From: Verrucomicrobiota bacterium
GTDB taxonomy: Bacteria; Verrucomicrobiota; Verrucomicrobiia; Opitutales; JABDGR01
Reading direction: 5' to 3'
Length of the DNA stretch: 64,000 nt
Assembly: GCA_048497935.1 (NCBI GenBank)
Contig: JBEHYY010000017.1
Location: 3,014-67,013 of the forward strand
Shown here: piece after piece, positions 20,983 through 30,520 of the stretch
Position numbering within the stretch: position 1 is the stretch's first letter
Layout of the letters: each line of letters opens with the position of its first letter
Notes under the pieces: generated by a model
Databases searched by the model: none
The model's input: only the letters and a program-made list of their open reading frames with translations
What the model was told of the DNA's origin: nothing
Translations under genes and position numbers: made by a program

Positions 20983-22080
20983 TTAAAGCTCGTCGTTGTG
21001 CACGTCGCTGAGGGCGCCGGCCTTCTGGTATTCGGTGACGCGGCCTTCGAAGAAGTTCTGTTCCTTCTTGATGTCCATCATCTCGGCGAGCCAGGGCAGC
21101 GGGTTGGTGATGCCCGGGTTGATGGGCTTGAGGCCCACGCCTTCGAGGCGGCGGTCGGCGATGTAATCAATATACTGCATGAATTCGCCGGCGGTGAGGC
21201 CGACGCCGCCCACGGGCAGGCAGTCGCGGATGAATTCCTTTTCGATGGCCACGCCTTCGGCCATGAGGTCGGTGAGTTCCTGGCGGAAGGCGGGGGTCCA
21301 GATCTCCGGGTTTTCCTCGACGAGGTCCATGAGCAGGTTGCGGAAGAGCTCGATGTGGTTGCTCTCGTCGCGCAGGGTGTAGCGGAACATCTGGCCGATG
21401 CCGGGAAACTTGTTCTGGCGGTAGAGGGAGAGCACCATGCCAAAGAGGCCGTAGAACTGGGTGCCCTCCATGACCTGGCCGAAGAGGAAGATGTTCTTGG
21501 CGAGGGCCTGCTTGGTGGCGAGGTCGTTGAGGTCGAGGTCGCGGCGGAGGGCCTTGGAGTTGCTGGTGACAAACTTGGTCTTGCGGGCGATGGTCGGGAT
21601 GTCCTCGAACATGGCTTCGCACTCGTGGGGGTTGATGCCCAGGGAGGAAATCATGTAAACCAGCGAGTCGGCGTGGATGTTCTCCTCGTGGGCGTGGCGG
21701 CCCAGGACGAGCTTGAGCTCCGGCGCGGTGACGACTTCGCGGACGACGTGGATGATGTTGTCGCCCACGATGCCCTCGGCGGCGGAGAAATAGCCGATGG
21801 CCATCTTGATGATCCAGCGGTCCACATCGGTGATGGCCTTGGTGGCGTCGCGCCACTGCTCACAGTCCTTCTGCATCGGGATGTCTTCGGGCTCCCAATG
21901 GTTGTTCTTCATCTTTTTGTACAGCTCGTAGGCCCAGGTGTACTTCAGGGGCAGGATGTTGAAGAACATCGTGACGCGGCCGTTGATGACACGCTTGGCG
22001 GCAAAGGCTTCCTCGGCTTTCTTGCGGTCGAGAACGAAAGATTTCGGTCCAATCTGGTAAGTGACGGTTTCGGCGGGCAT
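20983..22080 (-). CDS. nrdB: Ribonucleoside-diphosphate reductase beta subunit (class Ia)
   Basis: Di-iron/tyrosyl radical protein pattern: GRHAHEENIHADS, FLFGQVMEGTQFYGLF, LRDESNHIELF. 365 aa. Confidence 0.93.
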   Translation of the reverse strand: MPAETVTYQIGPKSFVLDRKKAEEAFAAKRVINGRVTMFFNILPLKYTWAYELYKKMKNNHWEPEDIPMQKDCEQWRDATKAITDVDRWIIKMAIGYFSAAEGIVGDNIIHVVREVVTAPELKLVLGRHAHEENIHADSLVYMISSLGINPHECEAMFEDIPTIARKTKFVTSNSKALRRDLDLNDLATKQALAKNIFLFGQVMEGTQFYGLFGMVLSLYRQNKFPGIGQMFRYTLRDESNHIELFRNLLMDLVEENPEIWTPAFRQELTDLMAEGVAIEKEFIRDCLPVGGVGLTAGEFMQYIDYIADRRLEGVGLKPINPGITNPLPWLAEMMDIKKEQNFFEGRVTEYQKAGALSDVHNDEL

Positions 22081-22352
22081 GGCGGAGGGCGGTCTCGGGA
22101 GGGAAAAGGAGGTTCGACGCGCGGATGGGACGGGCGACGGATTTGTTTTCGAGACGGAGTTCGGTTTTAGTTCGGTTCAGGTTGGTTTTTTTCGCATCTC
22201 GAGCGCACAGGGCAAGCAAGGCCCAGTGCGCCGGAAGCGCGGAAAAAACAGCGTCGGGAATTGCCGGGATTCGGTCGGGAGCGGCCTCAATGGCTGCAAT
22301 TCTCGTCGTGAAGGAGATTTTTCATCCAGTTTCTAGGCATTGTCAAGCGGTT

Positions 22353-22400
22353 CCACTACATTTAGTGTTACTTTTTTCGTCAAACCCCTACCTGTAGGGG
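22353..22400 (-). promoter_or_regulatory. Candidate tandem NrdR boxes next to a TTGACA -35 element upstream of nrdB
   Basis: Minus-strand 22368-22353 = ACACTAAATGTAGTGG, matching 13 of 16 positions of my recollection of the NrdR-box consensus acaCwAtATaTwgtgt. The palindrome 22400-22385 = CCCCTACAGGTAGGGG matches 9 of 16. The two centres are 32 bp apart. TTGACA (22346-22341) lies 6 nt downstream of box 1, with an A/T-rich -10 candidate 17-18 nt further on. Confidence 0.4.
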
Positions 22401-22656
22401 TTTTCATAAAGCATATTTGATGCCTGTATAAGTGAAAATTACGCATTTGGGGGCAAAATAGGGTGTTTTTTGGGTGAAAATCCCACCCATTTGGCCCGGC
22501 CGGGGTCAAACGGTGACAACGATGCAAAAAATCGCCCAAATGCGCCGAACCCGCAACGCATTGTTGTTCTTCTTTTGCACAAGATTCACACAAACCGGGT
22601 TATTCACATTCTTTCTTTCTCGCGCCAAGACGCGAAGGCGCAAAGGATTTTTTTAA

Positions 22657-23025
22657 ATGCATTTTCAGCAATTATTGCCGAGAGCCGAGCGCGTGGTGAA
22701 TCGCACGCGAAGCGCGCTGCCGGCCGACGTGCGCGTGTTGGCGGAGGCGCTGCCTGTAAACTTTGAGCCGGCACCGGGGCCGGAATTGCTCGACGATGGC
22801 GTGGAAGGCGACACGCTGGGGCTGTTTGTCGGCCCCGCGCATGGGGCGGACCCCGGCCTCGATCCCCTGCCCTCGCAGATCATTCTTTATCTAAACAACC
22901 TCTGGGACTACGCCGGGAGCGATGCTGCAATTTTCGATGACGAAGTGCGCCTCACCTACCTGCACGAACTGGGCCACTATTTTGGTTGGGATGAAAATGA
23001 GGTGGGAAAACGCGGATTGGAATAA
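22657..23025 (+). CDS. Small zincin-like metallopeptidase family protein (DUF1025-type)
   Basis: C-terminal HELGHYFGWDE zinc motif, acidic central region, 122 aa. Confidence 0.7.
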   Translation: MHFQQLLPRAERVVNRTRSALPADVRVLAEALPVNFEPAPGPELLDDGVEGDTLGLFVGPAHGADPGLDPLPSQIILYLNNLWDYAGSDAAIFDDEVRLTYLHELGHYFGWDENEVGKRGLE

Positions 23026-23026
23026 A

Positions 23027-23701
23027 CTAGGCCAGAAGTTTAATTATTTCCCGCACGCTCACTTCATCCAGCCGGTGCACCGCTAGGTCGCATTTTCCTT
23101 TTAAGCTCCCCACCGGGTTGGTGGTGCCGACGCCGATGGATTTGAAGCCGCCGGCGCGAGCGGCCTCGAGGCCGACGAAGGCGTCCTCAAACACCACACA
23201 GCACGCCGGGGCGCGGTTGATTTTCGCAGCAGCTTTCAGAAAAACCTCCGGGTGCGGCTTGCCGTGGGAGACATCCTCGGCGCTGACGATGTCGGCGAAA
23301 AATCCATGGAGGTTGGCGAGGGTCATCACGTGCTCGATGTTAAGGCGCGGCGTCGAGGAGCCGACCACGCAAGGCACGCCCGCGGCGCGCAGGCCTTCCA
23401 GCAAGTCACGCACCCCAGGCAGGGCCTGGATGCCGGTGGTCTTCAAAATCTCGCGGTAAAGCTCCTCCTTGCGCGCACCCAGGCGGGCGATTTCAGCGGT
23501 GTCCGCGGCGTCGGCCCAATGAAGGATATTGGGGATGATAAACTGGTTCTTGCGGCCAAAACCGGCCTTGAAGTGGCCGGGCGGCAGCGCGCGTTTTTCC
23601 TCGGCGGCGAGGAGGTCCCAGCTGTGTTCGTGGGCGGCGGAGGAATCGATGATGACGCCATCCCAGTCGAAAATGGCGCCGATTTCCAAAGTGGTGGTCA
23701 T
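23027..23701 (-). CDS. HAD-superfamily hydrolase (beta-phosphoglucomutase-like subfamily IA)
   Basis: HAD motif I IFDWDGVIIDS, motif II VVGSSTP, motif III HGKPHPEVFL, motif IV VVFEDAFVGLEAA. Confidence 0.8.
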   Translation of the reverse strand: MTTTLEIGAIFDWDGVIIDSSAAHEHSWDLLAAEEKRALPPGHFKAGFGRKNQFIIPNILHWADAADTAEIARLGARKEELYREILKTTGIQALPGVRDLLEGLRAAGVPCVVGSSTPRLNIEHVMTLANLHGFFADIVSAEDVSHGKPHPEVFLKAAAKINRAPACCVVFEDAFVGLEAARAGGFKSIGVGTTNPVGSLKGKCDLAVHRLDEVSVREIIKLLA

Positions 23702-23785
23702 GAAAGGGACAGAATTGACAAAATTGACGGAATGGGAACCCTAAAAAACTCTGTTCATTCGGTTAATTCTGGCTAAAGTAAATTC

Positions 23786-24988
23786 ATGTCCACTCTCGCT
23801 GTTGTGAAGCCCAAGGTGCGCGGATTTGTCTGCGTCACCGCCCACCCGGCCGGCTGCGCGGCGCACGTGCGCGAGCAAATCGCCCACGTAAAGTCGCAGC
23901 CCCCGCTGGCCCAGGGGCCGAAGAAGGTGCTCATCATCGGCGCCTCGACGGGTTATGGGCTGTCCTCGCGCATTGTGGCGGCGTTTGGCGCAAAGGCGGC
24001 GACGTTTGGCGTGTTTTTTGAGCGGCCTTCGGAAAAAGGCCGCCCCGCCTCGGCAGGCTGGTATAACACGGTTGCGCTTGAGCAAGCCGCGCGGGCCGAG
24101 GGCCTGTATGCGCAGAGCATCAATGGCGACGCTTTTTCCGAAGACATCAAGCTGCAGACCATCGCCAAATTGAAAGAAGACCTGGGCGCGGTGGATCTTG
24201 TGATCTACAGCCTGGCCTCGCCACGGCGCACCGACCCACGCAGCGGCGAGGTATACAAATCGGTGCTCAAGCCCGTGGGCGCGCCCTTCACCGCCAAGTC
24301 GCTGGACACGGACAAGAAGGAAGTGGTGGATGTGGCGCTGGAGCCGGCCACGGAGGAGGACATCCGTCAGACGACGAAAGTCATGGGCGGCGAGGACTGG
24401 GAGCTGTGGATCGACGCGCTGCGCAACCATGGCCTGCTGACGCCGGGGGCCGTGACCGTCGCCTACTCGTACATCGGGCCGGAAGTCACCTACCCCATTT
24501 ACCGCAATGGCACCATTGGCCGGGCCAAGGAGGACTTGGAAAAGACGGCCGCCCGGCTGACGGCGCGGCTCGCCGACCTCAAGGGCAAGGCGTGGGTGTC
24601 CGTCAACAAAGCGGTGGTGACGCAGGCGAGCTCGGCCATTCCGGTGGTGCCGCTGTATCTTTCGATCCTCCTCAAGGTGATGGCGGAGAAAAAAGTGGAC
24701 GAAGGCTGCATTGAGCAGATCCAGCGCCTGTTTGCGACGCAGCTCTACCGCGCCGATGGCAAGCCGGCGACCGCCGATACCGAGGGCCGCCTGCGCGTGG
24801 ACGACTGGGAAATGCGCCCCGATATCCAGGAAGCGGTGAAGAAAATCTGGCCGGAAGTCACCACGGCGAATCTTAACACGCTGACGGTCTTCCCGCGCTA
24901 CCAGACCGAGTTCCTGAAATTATTCGGCTTTGGTTTCACCGGGGTGAATTACGATGCGGAAGTGGAAATCGAAGTGCCGCTGGAGTGA
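23786..24988 (+). CDS. fabV: Enoyl-[acyl-carrier-protein] reductase FabV (trans-2-enoyl-CoA reductase family)
   Basis: Near-diagnostic N-terminus KPKVRGFVCVTAHPAGC, VLIIGASTGYGLSSRI, FGVFFERPSEKGRPASAGWYN, LVIYSLASPRR. 400 aa. Confidence 0.92.
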   Translation: MSTLAVVKPKVRGFVCVTAHPAGCAAHVREQIAHVKSQPPLAQGPKKVLIIGASTGYGLSSRIVAAFGAKAATFGVFFERPSEKGRPASAGWYNTVALEQAARAEGLYAQSINGDAFSEDIKLQTIAKLKEDLGAVDLVIYSLASPRRTDPRSGEVYKSVLKPVGAPFTAKSLDTDKKEVVDVALEPATEEDIRQTTKVMGGEDWELWIDALRNHGLLTPGAVTVAYSYIGPEVTYPIYRNGTIGRAKEDLEKTAARLTARLADLKGKAWVSVNKAVVTQASSAIPVVPLYLSILLKVMAEKKVDEGCIEQIQRLFATQLYRADGKPATADTEGRLRVDDWEMRPDIQEAVKKIWPEVTTANLNTLTVFPRYQTEFLKLFGFGFTGVNYDAEVEIEVPLE

Positions 24989-25070
24989 GGCGCCATGGCG
25001 TGAAAAGCCGTGAATTTCCGAGATGCAAAGTATAGGTAGTGACAGGCTCAAGCATTCCCTTGAGCCTGTG

Positions 25071-25712
25071 ATGAAAACCAGCCGTATCACTTTGGCCATT
25101 TCCTTGCTGGCATTGTTAGCTGGCATAGGGGTGTGGAAAGACCAGCCATGCGAGGGCATCGCACCCAACCTGCCACTAAGCACAGCATCTATCGAAGTGC
25201 CGAAAATGCCGGCGGTGTCGTCCGCCACCACCGTCCCAGCGAGCTTAACACCACCCTCACCACCTCCTCCGGTAAAAATCAATTCGCTAGCCGGACTCCA
25301 TGAGGAAATCGTCCGGCGCGAGGCTACACTGGCGCAGGAACGGCAAAGAAATGAGCAAGCCCGGGCTGATACCCAGACGCCACGGACAACCCAACCCCAA
25401 TGGTTCGGTGCCGCCGCCAGCAATACACCTGTTTTTGATTTGGGCAAAGTGGAGCTGGCCGATGGCATACCGCAAGATTTTATCCTCGAAGACGGAACCA
25501 CCGTGACAGTAACCGCCACCGCCAATGCCACCGGCATTGTTTATTTGAAAATCGACACACCCCACCCGGATTCATCCGCTCCTTATATCGGGGTGAAGAT
25601 GGTGACCGGAGCAAAAAACGGTGAAGAGCAAATCGTCTCTTTAATCGGACCGCGCAGCTATAACCCGGGAACCCCCGCGGCCACCCTCAAGCTCACACCA
25701 CACGTGAATTGA
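25071..25712 (+). CDS. Hypothetical membrane-anchored/secreted protein
   Basis: MKTSRITLAISLLALLAGIGVW signal/anchor, Pro/Ser/Thr-rich linker, no recognisable domain. The start (25071 vs 25023) is uncertain. Confidence 0.5.
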   Translation: MKTSRITLAISLLALLAGIGVWKDQPCEGIAPNLPLSTASIEVPKMPAVSSATTVPASLTPPSPPPPVKINSLAGLHEEIVRREATLAQERQRNEQARADTQTPRTTQPQWFGAAASNTPVFDLGKVELADGIPQDFILEDGTTVTVTATANATGIVYLKIDTPHPDSSAPYIGVKMVTGAKNGEEQIVSLIGPRSYNPGTPAATLKLTPHVN

Positions 25713-25730
25713 ACATGGGAGTGCACCACT

Positions 25731-25785
25731 CCAAAACAAATCCACGCCCATACCTGCGTCGATAACGCAAGTCTGGGCGTGGATT
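25731..25785 (-). terminator. Intrinsic terminator downstream of acs (possibly shared with the convergent + gene)
   Basis: A 12-bp stem AATCCACGCCCA (25739-25750) / TGGGCGTGGATT (25774-25785) has a partly self-paired loop. It is followed on the minus strand by TGTTTTGG. Confidence 0.5.
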
Positions 25786-25789
25786 GTCC

Positions 25790-27760
25790 TTAAGTCTCCG
25801 TCGTGTATTTGGCTTTGAGGGCCTCGATGACGGAGGGGTCGGCGAGCGTGGTGACGTTGCCGAGGGCGCGGCCTTCGGCGATGTCGCGCAGGAGGCGGCG
25901 CATGATTTTGCCCGAGCGGGTCTTGGGCAGGTCGGCGGAGTAGATGATCTTGTCCGGCAGCGCGAATTTGCCGATTTTCTTCGCCACGAGGTCGTTGAGC
26001 TCCTTGGTCAGCTTATCGTCGGCGTTGATGCCGTTTTTGACGGTGACGAAGGAAATGAGGGCCTGGCCCTTGAGCTCATGCGCGATGCCCACGACCGCGC
26101 TTTCGGCGACGGACGGGTGCTCGACATAGACACTCTCCAGCTCGGCGGTGCCGATGCGGTGGGCGGAAACGTTCACCACGTCGTCCACGCGGCCGAGAAT
26201 CCAGTAGTAGCCCATCTCGTCCTTGCGGGCGCCGTCGCCCGGGAAGTAATACTTGCCGCCCCACTTGGAGAAGTAGGTGTCCTTGAAGCGCTGGGGGTCG
26301 CCCCAGATGCCGCGCATGATGCCCGGCCAGGGTTTCTTGATGGCGAGGGTGCCGGCGCGCACGTCCTTGGCGTCGTCGTCCAGCACGGCGGGCTCGATGC
26401 CGAAGAACGGCACCGTGGCGCTGCCAGGCTTGGTGGCGATGGCGCCGGGCAGCGGGGTCAGCAGGATGCCGCCGGTTTCCGTCTGCCACCAGGTGTCAAC
26501 AATCGGGCAGCGGCCGCCGCCGATGACGTTGTGGTACCACATCCACGCCTCGGGGTTGATGGACTCGCCGACGGAGCCCAGCAGGCGCAGGGAGGACAAG
26601 TCGTGTTTCTTGGGCCATTCCTCGCCCCACTTCATGCAGGCACGGATGGCGGTGGGCGCGGTGTAGAAAACGGTGACGCTGTACTTCTCGACAATCTGCC
26701 AGAAGCGGTCGTTCTCGGGCCAGTTGGGCACGCCCTCGAACATCATGACGGTGGCGGCGTTTTGCAGCGGGCCATAGACGATGTAGCTGTGGCCGGTGAC
26801 CCAGCCGATGTCGGCGGTGCACCAGAAGACGTCCTCGGGCTTGAGGTCGAAAATGTACTTCGCGGTGAGGTACGTGTACGTCATGTACCCGCCCGTGGTG
26901 TGCATGATGCCCTTGGGCTTGCCGGTAGAGCCGCTGGTATAAAGGATGAACAGGAGGTCTTCGGCGTCCATGCGCTCGGCCTCGCACTGGCGGGACTGGC
27001 CGACAACGGCTTCGTGGTACCACACGTCGCGGCCAGGCTTCATCGTGACCGGGTGGAGCTGCTTCTGCGGCTCGCGGGCGACGACCAGCACCTTCTGGAT
27101 GCTCGGGCAGTCGGCAATGCCTTCGTCCACGGCGTTCTTGAGCGGGAGAATCTTGCCGCGGCGGTAGCCGCCGTCGCTGGTGACGACAAACTTGGCCTTG
27201 CAGTCGTTGACGCGGTCCTTGATGGAGTCGGCGGAGAAACCGCCAAAGATGACGGAGTGCGGCGCTCCGATGCGCGCGCAGGCCAGCACGGCGATGGCCA
27301 GCTCCGGCACCATCGGCATATAGAGCATGACGATGTCGCCCTTCTTGACGCCGAGGCTCTTGAGCGTGTTGGCAAAGAGGCAGACTTCGCGATGGAGGTC
27401 GGAATACGTGAGCACACGCTGATCGCCATGCTCGCCCTCAAAGATGATGGCCGCCTTGTTGCGGGTGGCGCAGTGCAGGTGGCGGTCGATGCAGTTGTAG
27501 CTGAGGTTGGTGACGCCGCCCTCGAACCATTTGAAGAAGGGGGCATCCTTCGTGTTCAGCACGGTGTGCCACTTTTTGAACCAGTGGAGCTCGCCGGCGA
27601 TGTCGGCCCAGAATTTCTCCGGGTCGGCGATGCTCTGCGCGTGCATCTCCTTGTATTGCTCCAGGCTCTTGATGTGGGCCTGGCGGGCGAACGCGGCCGG
27701 AGGCTGGAAAATACGGTTCTCCTGCGAGACGGTTTCGAATTGGGAGGAAGGGGCGGTCAT
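25790..27760 (-). CDS. acs: Acetyl-CoA synthetase
   Basis: AMP-forming ligase motifs [51 protein letters not shown]. The track start at 27793 is a TTG, so the ATG at 27760 (MTAPSSQF..) is preferred. Confidence 0.95.
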   Translation of the reverse strand: MTAPSSQFETVSQENRIFQPPAAFARQAHIKSLEQYKEMHAQSIADPEKFWADIAGELHWFKKWHTVLNTKDAPFFKWFEGGVTNLSYNCIDRHLHCATRNKAAIIFEGEHGDQRVLTYSDLHREVCLFANTLKSLGVKKGDIVMLYMPMVPELAIAVLACARIGAPHSVIFGGFSADSIKDRVNDCKAKFVVTSDGGYRRGKILPLKNAVDEGIADCPSIQKVLVVAREPQKQLHPVTMKPGRDVWYHEAVVGQSRQCEAERMDAEDLLFILYTSGSTGKPKGIMHTTGGYMTYTYLTAKYIFDLKPEDVFWCTADIGWVTGHSYIVYGPLQNAATVMMFEGVPNWPENDRFWQIVEKYSVTVFYTAPTAIRACMKWGEEWPKKHDLSSLRLLGSVGESINPEAWMWYHNVIGGGRCPIVDTWWQTETGGILLTPLPGAIATKPGSATVPFFGIEPAVLDDDAKDVRAGTLAIKKPWPGIMRGIWGDPQRFKDTYFSKWGGKYYFPGDGARKDEMGYYWILGRVDDVVNVSAHRIGTAELESVYVEHPSVAESAVVGIAHELKGQALISFVTVKNGINADDKLTKELNDLVAKKIGKFALPDKIIYSADLPKTRSGKIMRRLLRDIAEGRALGNVTTLADPSVIEALKAKYTTET

Positions 27761-27890
27761 GGGGGGAAGTAAAATGGAGGGGGGAGGGAACAAGCTTTGG
27801 AAAAACCGTTACGTCGGCAAGCCCAAACGCGCCGCAAGCTGATGGAGAAAGAACATTTCCAAAACCATCCGCATCCGCCACACTGGCGCG

Positions 27891-28997
27891 ATGGACACCG
27901 CCTTGTTCGACTACCCGCTGCCGCCGGAGCGCATTGCGCAGGCGCCGGCCTCGCCGCGGGATGCGTCGCGCCTGCTGGTGGTCGAGCGGAAGTCGCGGCG
28001 CGTCAGCCACCATACCTTCCGCGAGTTGCCGGGGCTGCTGCCGCCGGGCACGCGACTGTTCCGCAACCATGCGTCGGTTTTCAAGGCCCGGCTGAAGCTG
28101 CACCGGCCCACTGGCGGCGCACTGGAGTGCCTGCTGCTGCACCCGGACCTCGCGCGCGATGGCACCGGCCACACCTGGTGGTGCCTGCTCAAGCCGGGAA
28201 AGAAATATCCGGTGGGCGCGAGCTTTGGCGTGGAGGGAGTATTTGCCGCGCAAGTGCTGGAAAAGGCGGACGATGGCCGGGTGCTGGCGCATTTTGCAAT
28301 CGCAGGGCCGGGGGGCATCGCTGCCATCACCGAGAAGTATGGGATGACGCCGCTGCCGCCCTACATCCAGCGCCCGCATGGCGCGACCGCGCAGGCCGCG
28401 CACGATGAGGAGGATTACCAGACGGTTTACGCAGACCCGGCCAAAAAAATCGCCGCGGCGGCGCCCACCGCGGGACTGCATTTCACACCGGAAGTTTTAA
28501 AAGCCTTGCAGGCCCGGGGAGTCGCCATGCACGACCTGGCCCTGCGCGTCGGGCTCGACACCTTCCGCCCCATCACCGCCAAGCGGCTGGAAGACCATGC
28601 CATCCACCGCGAGTGGTATGAGCTACCCGCAGCCACGCGTACGGCGCTGGCGGAACCGGGCGGGCCCCGCCTGGCTGTGGGCACCACGAGCCTGCGGGCG
28701 ATCGAGGACTATTTTAAGAAAACCGGAGACCTCTCACGTCAAGACCCTGCCCTACCCGCCCATGAACTCTGGCTCGCGGAGGCGGATATTTTCATTTACC
28801 CGCCAAAGATGTTTGCGGGGGTGGACATTTTACTCACGAATTTCCACCTGCCGCGCTCGACGCTATTGTGCCTTGTCAGCGCGTTTTTGACCCCCGGCTC
28901 CACGGACGGCATCGCGTGGCTCAAGGAAATCTACGCCGGGGCCATCGCGCAGAACTACCGCTTCTTCAGCTACGGCGACGCCATGCTGGTGCTGTAA
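27891..28997 (+). CDS. queA: S-adenosylmethionine:tRNA ribosyltransferase-isomerase
   Basis: LFDYPLPPERIAQAPASPRDASRLLVV, PLPPYI, AAPTAGLHFT, VGTTSLRAIE, FFSYGDAMLV. 368 aa. Confidence 0.93.
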   Translation: MDTALFDYPLPPERIAQAPASPRDASRLLVVERKSRRVSHHTFRELPGLLPPGTRLFRNHASVFKARLKLHRPTGGALECLLLHPDLARDGTGHTWWCLLKPGKKYPVGASFGVEGVFAAQVLEKADDGRVLAHFAIAGPGGIAAITEKYGMTPLPPYIQRPHGATAQAAHDEEDYQTVYADPAKKIAAAAPTAGLHFTPEVLKALQARGVAMHDLALRVGLDTFRPITAKRLEDHAIHREWYELPAATRTALAEPGGPRLAVGTTSLRAIEDYFKKTGDLSRQDPALPAHELWLAEADIFIYPPKMFAGVDILLTNFHLPRSTLLCLVSAFLTPGSTDGIAWLKEIYAGAIAQNYRFFSYGDAMLVL

Positions 28998-28999
28998 CA

Positions 29000-29470
29000 T
29001 CACCGGTGGTCGAGCGCGCTGGAAGGCAGGGAGCCATAAATGACGCCGACGAGGTTCTGCCGCGTCACATACTCGGAGTCGGGCACGGGATTATTGTCGC
29101 CCTGGATCAACCAACTTTCGCCGTAGGAATGAATCAGCCGGTGGACAATGACGACACCCGTGGAGGATTTGTAGGCCACGACCTGCCCGGCTTCCAAGTC
29201 CTCCCATGGGGTGGGCATGATCAAGAGAATCCAGCCGTCGTGAAAAGCCGGCTCCATGGACGGGCCGGTGGTCTTGGCCAGGATGGTGCCAGAGCGGAAG
29301 GATTGCAGGGCAACGGCGGAGGAAAGGATCTCGGCGTTGGAGACGTTTTGGTCACCCGCCTCCTTGAGCGGTTCCGGGACGACTTCGCAGGAAACTAGCG
29401 CAAATGACGTTAGCAACAGCCCGAAGGCCGCCCGAAAAATCCTGCCCGGAAAGTGGCCTGATATTTTCAT
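29000..29470 (-). CDS. S26/S24-type signal-peptidase-like serine peptidase, probably a lipoprotein
   Basis: Catalytic Ser block GPSMEPAFHDG, later VVIVHRLI (as in SipW/archaeal-type SPase I). N-terminal lipobox-like LTSFALVSC. ATG at 29470 is preferred over the track start at 29617. Confidence 0.6.
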   Translation of the reverse strand: MKISGHFPGRIFRAAFGLLLTSFALVSCEVVPEPLKEAGDQNVSNAEILSSAVALQSFRSGTILAKTTGPSMEPAFHDGWILLIMPTPWEDLEAGQVVAYKSSTGVVIVHRLIHSYGESWLIQGDNNPVPDSEYVTRQNLVGVIYGSLPSSALDHR

Positions 29471-29598
29471 AAATCCTGCCACGCCAAATTTGACCCTTGC
29501 CCAACGTGAAGCAAGCTTGCAAATTGAAGGGGAGCCCCTATCCCTTTGGGGTACTACGGCCCCGCCGCCTTTTTCCCCATTTTTCCGCTGTTTTTGCC

Positions 29599-30456
29599 AT
29601 GCTGCGCCTCCGCCCATTCCTGATTGTGACCATGCTGGCCGGCGGCCTGGTGACGACCGCCTTCAAGACCGTCAATTACCTCGATGGCGACGCCGTCATG
29701 GCCAAGGTGAAGGAAACGCATGGCGCGGAATCGGAAATCGACGTGATCAAGATGGTGACCGTCGTGGGTACGGGCGACCCCGTGACTCGCACGATCCTCT
29801 CCGCCGTGCAAAAGGACGCCAAGGGCAACTTCATGTATATGCTGCGGGTGCTCTCGCCGGAAAAGGAAAAGGGCGTCTCCCTGCTGGTGCTGGAAAAAGA
29901 GAACGGCGATGTGCAACAATTTCTCTACCTGCCCAGCCTGGGGGCCAAGGAAATCAAAGCGGAGGGGCGCTCGGGCAGCTTCATGAATTCCGATTTCACC
30001 TACGAGGATATGCGCAAGGAGAAGCCGGGCGAATGGACGTATTCGCGCCTGGAGGACGAAAAGGTGGGCAACACGGATTGCTACGTGATCATCTCCGATC
30101 CGGCCAACAAGGACCGGGAAAAAATCACCGGCTACACGGACCGCGTGCTCTATGTGGACAAGGCCACCTACGACCTGCGCCGCATCGAATTTCTCGACAG
30201 CAAGCACAAGCTCATCAAGCAGTTTGACGCCTACGATTATGAGCCGACCAGCGGCGCCGGCACGACCCAGCGCCCCCGCCGCGGCGAAATGAACAATCCG
30301 ACCAAAAAGAGCAACACCGTGATGGCGTTGCTGAGCAGCCGGGTGAACAAGCCGCTCGACGCCAAATTCTACACTCTGGACACGATCAAAGCCTGGGGGC
30401 CCGAGCAGGAAAAACTCATTGAGGACCTGCTGCCCAAGACGACCGACGCCAAATAA
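29599..30456 (+). CDS. Outer-membrane lipoprotein-sorting (LolA-like) family protein
   Basis: Signal peptide MLRLRPFLIVTMLAGGLVTTAF and the block GSFMNSDFTYEDMRKE typical of the LolA-like family. That family is commonly paired with MMPL/RND exporters. ATG at 29599. Confidence 0.6.
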   Translation: MLRLRPFLIVTMLAGGLVTTAFKTVNYLDGDAVMAKVKETHGAESEIDVIKMVTVVGTGDPVTRTILSAVQKDAKGNFMYMLRVLSPEKEKGVSLLVLEKENGDVQQFLYLPSLGAKEIKAEGRSGSFMNSDFTYEDMRKEKPGEWTYSRLEDEKVGNTDCYVIISDPANKDREKITGYTDRVLYVDKATYDLRRIEFLDSKHKLIKQFDAYDYEPTSGAGTTQRPRRGEMNNPTKKSNTVMALLSSRVNKPLDAKFYTLDTIKAWGPEQEKLIEDLLPKTTDAK

Positions 30457-30520
30457 GGCGGCTGGCTGCAGCCACTAACCGCTTCTCCCGCCCCGGCGCC
30501 ACTTCCACCCCCTTTCCGCC

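Noticed and set aside
22382-22403. Palindrome AAACCCCTACCTGTAGGGGTTT followed by TTTT, which looks like a plus-strand intrinsic terminator
   Set aside because: No plus-strand gene ends upstream of it. Its 32-bp phasing with the better NrdR-like box makes a protein-binding palindrome the more economical reading. Uncertainty is retained in the findings.
22474-22656. 60-aa plus-strand ORF whose stop abuts the ATG of the metallopeptidase gene (TAAATG)
   Set aside because: It has a GTG start without an SD, a composition that looks random (Phe/Thr/Arg-rich), and lies in an AT-rich promoter-like region. There is no support for coding.
25784-27772. 662-aa plus-strand ORF
   Set aside because: It is antisense to acetyl-CoA synthetase. 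It has low-complexity GC-driven composition and no recognisable domain.
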